From a virus: a DNA stretch of 64,000 nt. Of the stretch, positions 42,240 to 51,303 are shown in pieces; within the stretch, counting starts at the first letter, position 1; each line of letters begins with the position of its first letter. The notes below the pieces were generated by a model. The model saw only the letters and a program-made list of their open reading frames with translations. It did no database searches and was not told where the DNA came from. The stretch covers positions 36,718 through 100,717 of IMG/VR virus record IMGVR_UViG_3300012943_000002. One strand, given 5' to 3'. Made by a program: the position numbers and the translations under genes.

Positions 42240-44510
42240 TTAAAAATCTTCTAAAGGTAAAAACATATTTACTCCTCCTAGCATCCTTGTCTGTATATGC
42301 TGAGGACATTCTACATATCTAGCATCTGCTATATGTATACTTCTATACTTAGGATAATTCTTTACTTCCACTCCAAAATGCTTCAAGAGATTATACTTTT
42401 CATCATTAGGATTAAACATAGTTATTAATAAGGTACTTTCTTCTCCTAAGTTACCTGTATCTTTCACATCATCACTAGTAGGATATATAAATTCTCCTGC
42501 AAACTTTAGTCTTTCTACATTAACAATACCCCTATTACTGTGGCATATATTAATCATAGTAAATAAACATAGATTTCTCAGAATAGTAGAATATTCTAAC
42601 CACTTATCTATTTTCTGCTTCATAGTAAAGTTCCTTTCTTCTCCTACTTTACGAATATGATCTACAATTACGATAGTAAATAGCCTAGGATTATTTTCTT
42701 TATATCCTATTACTCTACTCTTCTTTGCTATCTTACCTGAATCATCTACAGCATCATAAGTTTCATGTACAAATTCTCCATTCTTTCTTGCATAAGCCAT
42801 TAAATGTTTATACATAACAGTAGGATTTTCTATCTGCTCTATATACTCTATCTTACCACTACTTATCTTTCTATTATTACTATCAAATTCTCCAAACATA
42901 GGTATTATTCTAGTAGTATAGATAATTTTAAGCATTTCTTCATGTTCTTTTGTTACCTGAATTATCTCAAAACTATCTACATCTATTCTATGTAGTAATT
43001 TTCCTTCTAAGTAATCCTGACACATTTCATATACCTTATCTTTATATGTAATAGTATAAACTCCAAAATCATGTGCCATAAAGAAAGCAGCTACTTTATA
43101 TTCCTTACTTACTCTATCTATCTCAAAAGAATAACATATCCAGTTAATATCATCTAACCTGTTTTCTTTTAACATTTGTAAATATGGAGATATAATATAA
43201 CAGAAATCTGCCATCGTAGTATTATGAGTAACTGTAAAATCTTCTAAATAAAACCTTCTATCTTCGTTCTCCAATGTAAATCCATAATAAATATCCACTT
43301 TGTCTTTAACTATAGTTAACTTACTATTATAATTCTTAATTAGGGACTTTGCTTTCTTTCTTTGAATCTTTACTGGAATCCTAGCTACATTCCCTTTAAT
43401 TCTTATCCTATAGACTTTGCATTTATAGTAACTACCGTCTTTCCTTTTCATACTAGCTATTTTGTCACTTATAATAGTATTAAATCCTAGACTATTAGCT
43501 AGTAATATAATATCAGTAGCTAGTTGTTTACTTTTTTGTGTAATTTCGTAAGAAGTAAGGTTGTGAATTAAATTACCATCACTATCTATAAGACCTGCTA
43601 ACAAACTTAACCTAATATCCTCACTATTATTAATATAATCTTTAGGTATATGTTTATTATACAATACTCCTACCTTTGATAATATACTAATAATAGGTAA
43701 ACTAGCTTGGAACCTCTCTACTCTATTTCCGTCTTTTTCATAAAAACCTTGCTTTACTATTGCTCTAGATAAATATTCTGGTAATACACCTATAACTTTT
43801 GCTATTTTACTTAAACTTTCATATTTAGTAGTAATGTTATTTACAGTTAGAGTACATTCTTTTCTAGATTTCAAGCTATATTCAATACTACCAGTACTTC
43901 TTAGTTTAAATATATATCCATTCTGAATACTATATTCATTTAACCATCTAATTACTTCCTCATCTGTAGTAGTTATACTGCCATCTGCTGAAGCTCCATC
44001 TCCTAACCATATACCTAAAAAATAAGGGTCTAATGGTACAGATACTTTCTGTTTAATAATAGCAGACTTATATCCGTAACTTTGTCTCGTTCTTTCCCTC
44101 CAAGGGAGGTTTAAAAAGTCTAATAGAGATATATTATGTACTTTATCTGTATTGCTTTTAATACTAAGTATATGAGATTCATTGACTCTATATGACATAG
44201 CTTTAGTTTGATTTACCCAATACATCATTTCCTCTCCTGTAGTAGTAGATATAACTTTATTTGGCTTTCCATCTAATCCTAGTAAAATATCTCCTACAAC
44301 TAACTCTTCGACTTTTTTTAGAGTCAGGTCATACATTACTACTTTAGTACCTAAACCTAAACATTTACCTACTTTCTGAGCAGCAACTAAACCTATACTA
44401 GTCTTCTTTTGGATTCCTCTGGTAGCCATATCTAAAGCTGTTATACCAGTAGTTAAACCAGCATTTCTACCTGCTTTACCTTCCTTAAATACTGTTATAA
44501 AATTACTCAT
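42240..44510 (-). CDS. dnaB: DnaB-like replicative helicase containing an intein
   Basis: AAQKVGK|intein|TT Walker A, YSFEI, IVIVDHI, HSNR, DVKDTG. Confidence 0.88.
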   Translation of the reverse strand: MSNFITVFKEGKAGRNAGLTTGITALDMATRGIQKKTSIGLVAAQKVGKCLGLGTKVVMYDLTLKKVEELVVGDILLGLDGKPNKVISTTTGEEMMYWVNQTKAMSYRVNESHILSIKSNTDKVHNISLLDFLNLPWRERTRQSYGYKSAIIKQKVSVPLDPYFLGIWLGDGASADGSITTTDEEVIRWLNEYSIQNGYIFKLRSTGSIEYSLKSRKECTLTVNNITTKYESLSKIAKVIGVLPEYLSRAIVKQGFYEKDGNRVERFQASLPIISILSKVGVLYNKHIPKDYINNSEDIRLSLLAGLIDSDGNLIHNLTSYEITQKSKQLATDIILLANSLGFNTIISDKIASMKRKDGSYYKCKVYRIRIKGNVARIPVKIQRKKAKSLIKNYNSKLTIVKDKVDIYYGFTLENEDRRFYLEDFTVTHNTTMADFCYIISPYLQMLKENRLDDINWICYSFEIDRVSKEYKVAAFFMAHDFGVYTITYKDKVYEMCQDYLEGKLLHRIDVDSFEIIQVTKEHEEMLKIIYTTRIIPMFGEFDSNNRKISSGKIEYIEQIENPTVMYKHLMAYARKNGEFVHETYDAVDDSGKIAKKSRVIGYKENNPRLFTIVIVDHIRKVGEERNFTMKQKIDKWLEYSTILRNLCLFTMINICHSNRGIVNVERLKFAGEFIYPTSDDVKDTGNLGEESTLLITMFNPNDEKYNLLKHFGVEVKNYPKYRSIHIADARYVECPQHIQTRMLGGVNMFLPLEDF
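43221..44363 (-). mobile_element. Intein (381 aa) with LAGLIDADG homing endonuclease
   Basis: Starts CLGLGTKV, ends YYGFTL...VTHN/T; LGIWLGDG and LAGLIDSDG motifs; inserted in Walker A after GK. Confidence 0.95.
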
Positions 44511-44514
44511 AGTT

Positions 44515-45045
44515 TTATTTTACAATTTTACCTACTTGATAATGATCTCTATCGTTCTTAGTTACTTTCTCACACCAAGTTAATAACATAGATTTTTGCA
44601 TTGCTCCTATACCTTCAAATATAAATTTAGCAGAAGATTTTAGATATTGAGGATTATTTACTGACCTATGATAAGCTACAGTAGCATTTCTTACATCTTC
44701 TTTTCTATATTGAGGATACATAGAGAAGAACTTCTGCATTCTCTTTAATACATCTCTATCATTATCTTTTCTATCTGGAGTCTTTTTCCACATATCATTA
44801 TACTTAGTTAGTACCCAATCCCATTCTAACTCCTGTCCAGCAAACAAAGCTACATTCCATTTCAATGCTCCAGTCCTATAGTCTTTCTCTACTATCTTAG
44901 TAATATTAATTGCTTTAATTATCTCTTCTGGACAGACCTCATCTACATTTAGTCCATAGTATATACCAAGCAATACTAAAGTACCACTTTGTATATTTAT
45001 ATTACTCTCTTTAAGTATTCTTTGTATTGCTCTGTTTATCTCCAT
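44515..45045 (-). CDS. Conserved crAss-like protein next to DnaB (possible replication accessory)
   Basis: KRMQKFF..YPQY...V..AT..Y.......YL....FI pattern. Confidence 0.6.
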   Translation of the reverse strand: MEINRAIQRILKESNINIQSGTLVLLGIYYGLNVDEVCPEEIIKAINITKIVEKDYRTGALKWNVALFAGQELEWDWVLTKYNDMWKKTPDRKDNDRDVLKRMQKFFSMYPQYRKEDVRNATVAYHRSVNNPQYLKSSAKFIFEGIGAMQKSMLLTWCEKVTKNDRDHYQVGKIVK

Positions 45046-45328
45046 CTTTTATTATTTTAACTGGACAATAATCTAAATCATAAGCTAACTTCATAAAACT
45101 AGTGTGTGATAATACAGCAACAGTATATTCTTCTAAATTATCACATATACTAGCTATATAACTAAATGTCTCAGAAGAAAAAATAGATTCACCTTTACTA
45201 CCCCTTTCTATAAAATCTTTTACCATTTCATCCATTTTGTAAGATATTATAGACATTTTTTCTTCTGATACACCTAGAGCCTTTTCTAAACCTCCATGAC
45301 ATTTTGCATCTACTACTTTCAGTTTCAT
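45011..45328 (-). CDS. Hypothetical protein, paralog of 57000..57392
   Basis: Shared CDNLEEYT motif. Confidence 0.6.
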   Translation of the reverse strand: MKLKVVDAKCHGGLEKALGVSEEKMSIISYKMDEMVKDFIERGSKGESIFSSETFSYIASICDNLEEYTVAVLSHTSFMKLAYDLDYCPVKIIKDGDKQSNTKNT

Positions 45329-45329
45329 A

Positions 45330-45566
45330 TTAACTAATTTTTCTTGCTGCGTGATTAGGTTTAATTTTGGTATTTACAAACTTACCTATAGATTCTGCTT
45401 CTAGAGATTCTTTCCATACTTCTAATGATACAGCACTATAAGCCCAAATAGCTGTTTTAAATTGTACAATCATCTCTCTCTCTGTTCTGTTATAAGTAGT
45501 CCTTAATATTTGACTACTCTTCATTGACCAATCTTTAGACAATGGTATTTTCTCTATGTTTTCCAT
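45330..45566 (-). CDS. KTSC-domain protein
   Basis: SSQI....Y......M.VQFK....Y..V........AESIGKFVN..IK. Confidence 0.85.
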   Translation of the reverse strand: MENIEKIPLSKDWSMKSSQILRTTYNRTEREMIVQFKTAIWAYSAVSLEVWKESLEAESIGKFVNTKIKPNHAARKIS

Positions 45567-45576
45567 ATTTTTAATT

Positions 45577-45765
45577 TTAAGTTATTACATCTTGTAGTTC
45601 TTCAAATATTATATTATCTCCTATTACTATACCGTCTTGACAATCATCAGCTTCTATTTGGGCTTCTTCTATAGTATTAAATATTTTATTATTACCATTC
45701 TCATCAATAACTATAGATGCATATTCCCAAGTACCTGTTGTACCTTTTTCTATTACTATATACAT
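45577..45765 (-). CDS. Hypothetical protein
   Basis: ORF in operon. Confidence 0.55.
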   Translation of the reverse strand: MYIVIEKGTTGTWEYASIVIDENGNNKIFNTIEEAQIEADDCQDGIVIGDNIIFEELQDVIT

Positions 45766-45775
45766 AATTTAGTAT

Positions 45776-47101
45776 TTAAAATGTGATTACTTCTTTTCCT
45801 TCTGTTAAATCTTTAAGGTCTATTTCCTTAATATCCATAGTAAGATTAGCTGTAGCTTTTCTCACCCACTGTTTATCTACAGTTTCATTAGAGCATACTA
45901 TAATAATAGTCCCTGTATGACCCACTCTATATCTAATACACCTACCTATCCTCTGTACTAAATCTAATTCATCAGAAGTTATTTGCTGTGCCAATCCACA
46001 ATCTACATTAGGTATATTTTCTCCCTCATTTAGAGCTTCTACACAGGCTAGTCTATTTATTTTTTCTTCTAAAAATAGATTCAGGCTGTTTTTACCTTGA
46101 TAAGCTGCTAACTTCTTTTCATATTGTACTGTAGTTTTACCTTTCTTAGTAGGCTTAGAATAATATGTATAGAAACATAAACCATCTGCTTGATCCTTAC
46201 TACCAGCAAATATTAAAGTTCTAATATCATTAGGTATTATATTATCAAGTAACCATCTAGTAGCTAGCATTTTACTCCTAAGATTATATATAAATCTCAT
46301 TCTTTTTAAATAGGAAAATTTACTAGGTCTATTTTCACATACAGTATTTAGATAACTATAGTTACCATATTCTGTAGTAAAGAAAGGTTTATCCTTACTA
46401 CCAGCTTTCACATATTTATTTACTCTATCTAATGGTATATTAACTATAATTAACCTATATGGAGAAACTATTCCTAATTTAACTGCTGTATCAGTATCTA
46501 TTCTGTATTTAACTTCACCTAAATATTTATGAATCAATTTAGCCCTTATCATATTACTAGGATAAGTAGCTGTTAGAGACATGGTTCTAGCTACATTGTT
46601 ATCTGTTAAAAACTGTATAGAACTTTCTGTAAAGTTATGACATTCATCAAATATAGCAGCATCTATCTTCTCATTTTTAATTGTATGTAAAGAATCATAA
46701 CATATAGGTTTAATCTTACTCCATAATTCTTCACCAGCCCATTTTAATACTTCTTCCTTCCATCCTATATCTCTCAGTTTCTGTGTAGGAACAACTACTA
46801 CAAATTTTGGATCAGGATTAGCTTTTAATATACTATTCATCTTATCAACAGCTATCTTAGTTTTACCTACTCCAGTTGCCCCTACTACTATTCCTCTTTT
46901 GCAACCTGCAAATGAGATATTAGCTTCATACTGTATTCTATTTTTAATATTAGAAGTTAATTCATAGTTTTCTTCTGATGTTAATATATCATTAAGTATT
47001 TCTCTCTGTATAACTATGTCATTAGCATATACTTGTACACTAGAAGTATTACCAACACTGATAATCTTATATATGTTGTCCAAATATATTTTTTTGCTCA
47101 T
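45776..47101 (-). CDS. Superfamily 2 helicase
   Basis: ATGVGKT, DECH, SLTAT, LNEGEN, QRIGRCIR. Confidence 0.92.
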   Translation of the reverse strand: MSKKIYLDNIYKIISVGNTSSVQVYANDIVIQREILNDILTSEENYELTSNIKNRIQYEANISFAGCKRGIVVGATGVGKTKIAVDKMNSILKANPDPKFVVVVPTQKLRDIGWKEEVLKWAGEELWSKIKPICYDSLHTIKNEKIDAAIFDECHNFTESSIQFLTDNNVARTMSLTATYPSNMIRAKLIHKYLGEVKYRIDTDTAVKLGIVSPYRLIIVNIPLDRVNKYVKAGSKDKPFFTTEYGNYSYLNTVCENRPSKFSYLKRMRFIYNLRSKMLATRWLLDNIIPNDIRTLIFAGSKDQADGLCFYTYYSKPTKKGKTTVQYEKKLAAYQGKNSLNLFLEEKINRLACVEALNEGENIPNVDCGLAQQITSDELDLVQRIGRCIRYRVGHTGTIIIVCSNETVDKQWVRKATANLTMDIKEIDLKDLTEGKEVITF

Positions 47102-47313
47102 TCCTTATATAAATTTTTATATCCAATACACAATATTATACTTTGAAGTTTTTTACCTCTAGGTATTGATAGTTTTATCTCTTCAAATAACTCTCCTTCC
47201 TTTATTTCTAGTATGGGATGAAAACCATTTCTATCTATCTCTTTGAAGTGAAAATTTCTATCCTCTTTAGTATATACAATACATATTGGACCAGTTAATA
47301 GGTTTTCAAACAT
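47098..47313 (-). CDS. Hypothetical protein
   Basis: ORF coupled to neighbours. Confidence 0.5.
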   Translation of the reverse strand: MFENLLTGPICIVYTKEDRNFHFKEIDRNGFHPILEIKEGELFEEIKLSIPRGKKLQSIILCIGYKNLYKE

Positions 47314-47315
47314 AT

Positions 47316-49328
47316 TTAATGTATTGCAGCATAGTTATTTCCAAACTCTGTACTTATGCCTAGTTTAATATTTAATTTTAATACTTCATTTACCTTATTA
47401 ATGGCATTAGTAAGTATCTGTTTAGTTTTCTCTTGTTCTGTCTTTAATATATCTCCTACATGCTCATCATGATATTGCATACATATTTTATATCCTTGTT
47501 CCCTACAATATTTAGTCCACATATCAAAACAGTATACTCCTGTACCCTGATTAAGAGTTGAAAATATATCTTTAAAATATCTTAGACTATAATAAAACTG
47601 GGAAACTGGATTATAAAGCCATATACTTTGTACCTTACCCATGAATTTCATTAGTGTATCTCCTTTTAATTTTAGTACATCTTCTCCTAAAAACTCTTTT
47701 ATCACTCCATTTCTAAATATGATCCTAACTATACTATTATTAGCTACTTCTTTTACAGCTTTATTTCTATCCCAATATGTTTTATGAAATAGATTACCCT
47801 CTTCAAGTGGAACATTAGCAGTAATAGCTATTTTTGGTCCACCTGCACCATATACAGCAGCAAAATTCGTCTTCTTAGCTTTAAGTCTAACACCTTTAAT
47901 CTTCTTATATTTTTCCCAATTTTCTGGACTAGTTGTTTCCTTATTAAGTTCTTTATAAAAAGTTACCTCTTCCTTAGTAAGTAGACCTGCTCTAACTGCT
48001 ATATCTAAATGAGGATCAAATCCTTCCTGCATCATTTCCTTTACATAAATAGGATCGTAGAAATACATATAATGTCTCTTAGTACTATCCTCTAAACCTG
48101 ACATATCTGAACCACATAATATATGGTCTTCATCTCTGGTTATTAGACACTCTCTAACCATCTCCCAATACTTCTTAGGTATACCAGCTAAATTAGCTAT
48201 AGGTTTCCTATGTTGCATTCTGAGAGTATTAGTCAGTCCATTAATCTCTGCTTTAAGAAAGTTATCACTATCTATAGACTCTAGAAATCCTTTTAGTGTA
48301 CTTATCCTACTTCTAATCAGGAATAGACTATCTAATTCTTCTAATCTAGGTTCTTTCTCAAACAAAGCTTTTACACTATCACATAATCCCTCATCATTAT
48401 CATCACTCTGTAGTTGTGGTACTTTTCTAGGTGGAGTATCTTTACTATAAGGAGTATTTTTATCTTTTACATACTTAAATGTAGTAGGTATCCATCCCAA
48501 TGAAAATAACCATTCTTTCAATTGAGGATGAGAGCCGGGATTACCCGGTTCTATTTTATCCACTAATTTTAAAGTACCATTATGATATTCTGGCAATCCC
48601 ATCTCTTTAAGCAACTTGAACCAATCCTCTCCCAACTTAGAGACAGAGCCGTCCTTCTTTAGCATAACTTTTGGTCTATCCTTTTTCTTATAAGTTATGT
48701 GCTTAGGCATTATAGCTGATAGCTTGACTATTTTCTCATCATATAAACCTGATAAAATTTTTAAGTTACTTTCACATTTATCCTTATCTAATTTCCACTT
48801 AACTTCTTCCTGCTCTCTTGCACAATCAAGTTTAAATGAAATATATCTAAGAAATCTATCTAAAGCATTGTTATCATTATATATTTTCTTTAAGTAGATA
48901 AGCTCTTCATCCCATAGTTTTACGTTTATTCTTACATCCTCACTACATCTAAATACATAATCTTCTACTGGTAAATTATGCCAATCATTAATAGGTGGTT
49001 TTTGTATACCAAATTCATATCCCCATTCATCTAAACCATGTACAAGTCTCTCAGGATATAGATACCAAGATACTCCTAAAGTATCTATTAGCCTAGCAGT
49101 TACTTTAATATTTAATATCTTTTCTATTACTGGAATATCATAAGTAACTATTTTATGCCCTATTAGTATATGTTCACCTAATAGGAAATCAATCATATCC
49201 TTATAGTTTATTAGCTTACCTTCCTTTATTAATACACCATTATCAAATTTTCTATAACATAAACAGTGTATTTTAGTAACTCCTTCTATTAAACCATCAG
49301 CTTCCAAATCAAATACACTATATATCAT
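47316..49328 (-). CDS. polA: Family A DNA polymerase with 3'-5' exonuclease (T7-like)
   Basis: FDLEAD, GH...YD; motif A GSDMSGLE, motif B RLKAKKTNFAAVYGAG, motif C YHDE. Confidence 0.95.
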   Translation of the reverse strand: MIYSVFDLEADGLIEGVTKIHCLCYRKFDNGVLIKEGKLINYKDMIDFLLGEHILIGHKIVTYDIPVIEKILNIKVTARLIDTLGVSWYLYPERLVHGLDEWGYEFGIQKPPINDWHNLPVEDYVFRCSEDVRINVKLWDEELIYLKKIYNDNNALDRFLRYISFKLDCAREQEEVKWKLDKDKCESNLKILSGLYDEKIVKLSAIMPKHITYKKKDRPKVMLKKDGSVSKLGEDWFKLLKEMGLPEYHNGTLKLVDKIEPGNPGSHPQLKEWLFSLGWIPTTFKYVKDKNTPYSKDTPPRKVPQLQSDDNDEGLCDSVKALFEKEPRLEELDSLFLIRSRISTLKGFLESIDSDNFLKAEINGLTNTLRMQHRKPIANLAGIPKKYWEMVRECLITRDEDHILCGSDMSGLEDSTKRHYMYFYDPIYVKEMMQEGFDPHLDIAVRAGLLTKEEVTFYKELNKETTSPENWEKYKKIKGVRLKAKKTNFAAVYGAGGPKIAITANVPLEEGNLFHKTYWDRNKAVKEVANNSIVRIIFRNGVIKEFLGEDVLKLKGDTLMKFMGKVQSIWLYNPVSQFYYSLRYFKDIFSTLNQGTGVYCFDMWTKYCREQGYKICMQYHDEHVGDILKTEQEKTKQILTNAINKVNEVLKLNIKLGISTEFGNNYAAIH

Positions 49329-49334
49329 ATCTTA

Positions 49335-49607
49335 TTATTTTAATCTAATTAATTTTCTATAAGTAGTTCTTTCTATAACTATCTTATCTTTGCTTACTAG
49401 ACTATTTAAAGCATATCCTATATGAGTTCTTACTTTTTTTACATTCTCTGGCTTTACAGCATATTTTTCTGTAAGAAAATCTTTCAGGGCTGCTGGAGTT
49501 ATATTCTTCTTGGTTTTAAGTATCTCTAATACTCTATCACTCCATGCTTCTTTTCTATTACCCTTATTAACTCTTGGTCCTCTACCTCTATTTAGTCCGT
49601 TTCTCAT
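49335..49607 (-). CDS. Small basic protein, winged-helix-like
   Basis: Lys/Arg-rich; helix pattern followed by a beta-hairpin. Confidence 0.5.
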   Translation of the reverse strand: MRNGLNRGRGPRVNKGNRKEAWSDRVLEILKTKKNITPAALKDFLTEKYAVKPENVKKVRTHIGYALNSLVSKDKIVIERTTYRKLIRLK

Positions 49608-50029
49608 ACTAATTCTACAGATTTAATAGGTTGCTGTTCTAATCTCCTAGTAATCTCTTCTATAGATATAGAATCTATTACTTCATCTGGTACATCTATC
49701 TCAAAAGATATAGGCTTTAGATTACTTCTAAGTCCAATAGTTGATCTATCAAACTTTGTTATAAAATCAGTAGCTTCAATAGGTATAGGGGTTATATACT
49801 CTCTACAATTTGGTGTACGAAATGTTATGTTATTTCTACCTATCCACACATTAGGTATTACATCCCATATAGCCATAGCTACAGCACAGTTAGACCCAAC
49901 TTCTTTATCTACTATATTCGTTGATATTTTAATTCTACTAAATCTGTTTTTGATCCCTTTAGGTGTTCCACAATATTTTGATCTTTCTATAATCTCCTTA
50001 GTTACATTAATTCTGATTTTTGTTTACAT
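49604..50029 (-). CDS. Hypothetical protein with TAA at codon 2 (possible pseudogene or base error)
   Basis: ATG TAA ACA AAA ATC AGA... continues in frame (TKIRINVTKEIIERSKYCG...NCAVAMAIWDV) into ORF 49604..49876. Confidence 0.65.
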
Positions 50030-50139
50030 AATTTTTAGTTTTAATTATTATTAAATATGGTACATCTACACTAAACCACAATACTTATAGAAATAAGTAT
50101 TATTACGAGAAAGCTATTAACAGTTACTGTAGATGTTTG

Positions 50140-50279
50140 TAGGGGGAAGTAGACTCGAACTACTGACCCTTTTATACTCAAATCTTTGCGATGTATGCTA
50201 CTTTTCTAGTCTTTTCACATGCCAAATTACCGGATTCATATTGTATAATAGTTGCTCTAGCCAACTGAGCTATCCCCCT
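50140..50279 (-). ncRNA. tRNA-like RNA (140 nt) with anticodon arm replaced by a long irregular hairpin
   Basis: Acceptor AGGGGGA/TCCCCCT, TA, D-arm GCTC-AGTTGGCTA-GAGC, T-arm AGTAG-TTCGAGT-CTACT. Confidence 0.8.
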
Positions 50280-50348
50280 ATAGAGTTCCCCTGTAGAGAA
50301 CAGGAGAACTTCCCTCAAAACTAACTGCTTAAAGAACAGAGTTTATAA

Positions 50349-50615
50349 TTATTTAAACATACTTCTTTCACATATTACTACCTTACCTACTATATCCTCA
50401 TAAGGTTTATACATAGAACTAGCTAATTTATTAATAGCTTTACCTTTTAACTTACCCTCTTCATCCATAATCATATATTTACCAGACTGTAAAGTAACTA
50501 CCTCTACCAGTTCACATTCTATTAACTTATATAATTCTGATAAACTAAAATCTGTACCATTCTTTGGTTCTATGATAGTATCTTTACCATCAACATCTAC
50601 TAATCTTGCTTTCAT
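50349..50615 (-). CDS. DUF3846-like protein
   Basis: LSELYKLIECELVEVV...MDEEGKLK...N..AS...DIVG.VV. Confidence 0.75.
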   Translation of the reverse strand: MKARLVDVDGKDTIIEPKNGTDFSLSELYKLIECELVEVVTLQSGKYMIMDEEGKLKGKAINKLASSMYKPYEDIVGKVVICERSMFK

Positions 50616-50980
50616 TACCTAAATTTAATTTTGATTTTAATTCTTATAGTAGTAAATTTCTTCTTTTTAACTTTCTTTTCTGTAGTTTTCTCCTCTTTAT
50701 ATTCATCTATTAAATCTGTCCAACAATCACAAATACCATTTGCAGTTTCTATTTTAAACATTACACTTTTACCCTTTTCTTTTTTAAAATCTATAGCTTC
50801 TATTACTTCTTTTAGTGCTAAGAGTATTCTATTACCTAATACAGGGCTATTTTTAATAATAGCTTCAAGACTATCTTCATATTCAAGAGGTAAGTGTATA
50901 TAATCATCACTTTGTACAACTATAGGTATATTAAATATATCATTCTCTTTTATAGCAAATGATTTTATCTTTACTTTCAT
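50615..50980 (-). CDS. Hypothetical protein
   Basis: ORF in operon. Confidence 0.55.
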   Translation of the reverse strand: MKVKIKSFAIKENDIFNIPIVVQSDDYIHLPLEYEDSLEAIIKNSPVLGNRILLALKEVIEAIDFKKEKGKSVMFKIETANGICDCWTDLIDEYKEEKTTEKKVKKKKFTTIRIKIKIKFR

Positions 50981-50982
50981 GA

Positions 50983-51294
50983 TTAGTTTAATTTATAAAT
51001 TGGTATTATTTGTATTGCTTGCTGTGGTGGTTCTCCCTCTTTGGCTGGTATTTCTACTATAGCATCTAAGATAGTAATAAATGTACTATTCTCTGGAACA
51101 GATTCATCTTTAGTGATAAATACATAAGTATGTCTTTGTGTAGAATTAAGAGTTAATTCAGGTACTTCAAAGAATGCATATATACCATCATGAAATATTT
51201 TCATATCTCTGTATATTGATCCTGTAGGTACATCTACTGGACATTTATTAGTATCTTCTGAGAAGTCTTTAACTTTAAATGATTTTATCTTCAT
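50983..51294 (-). CDS. Hypothetical protein, possibly a distant relative of 36917..37204
   Basis: Similar length and strand pattern. Confidence 0.55.
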   Translation of the reverse strand: MKIKSFKVKDFSEDTNKCPVDVPTGSIYRDMKIFHDGIYAFFEVPELTLNSTQRHTYVFITKDESVPENSTFITILDAIVEIPAKEGEPPQQAIQIIPIYKLN

Positions 51295-51303
51295 ATTTTA
51301 TTT

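Noticed and set aside
50140-50279. tmRNA or group I intron-containing tRNA
   Set aside because: Has a full D-arm, no tag ORF or G3-U70 pair, and the insert is too short and lacks P7 elements
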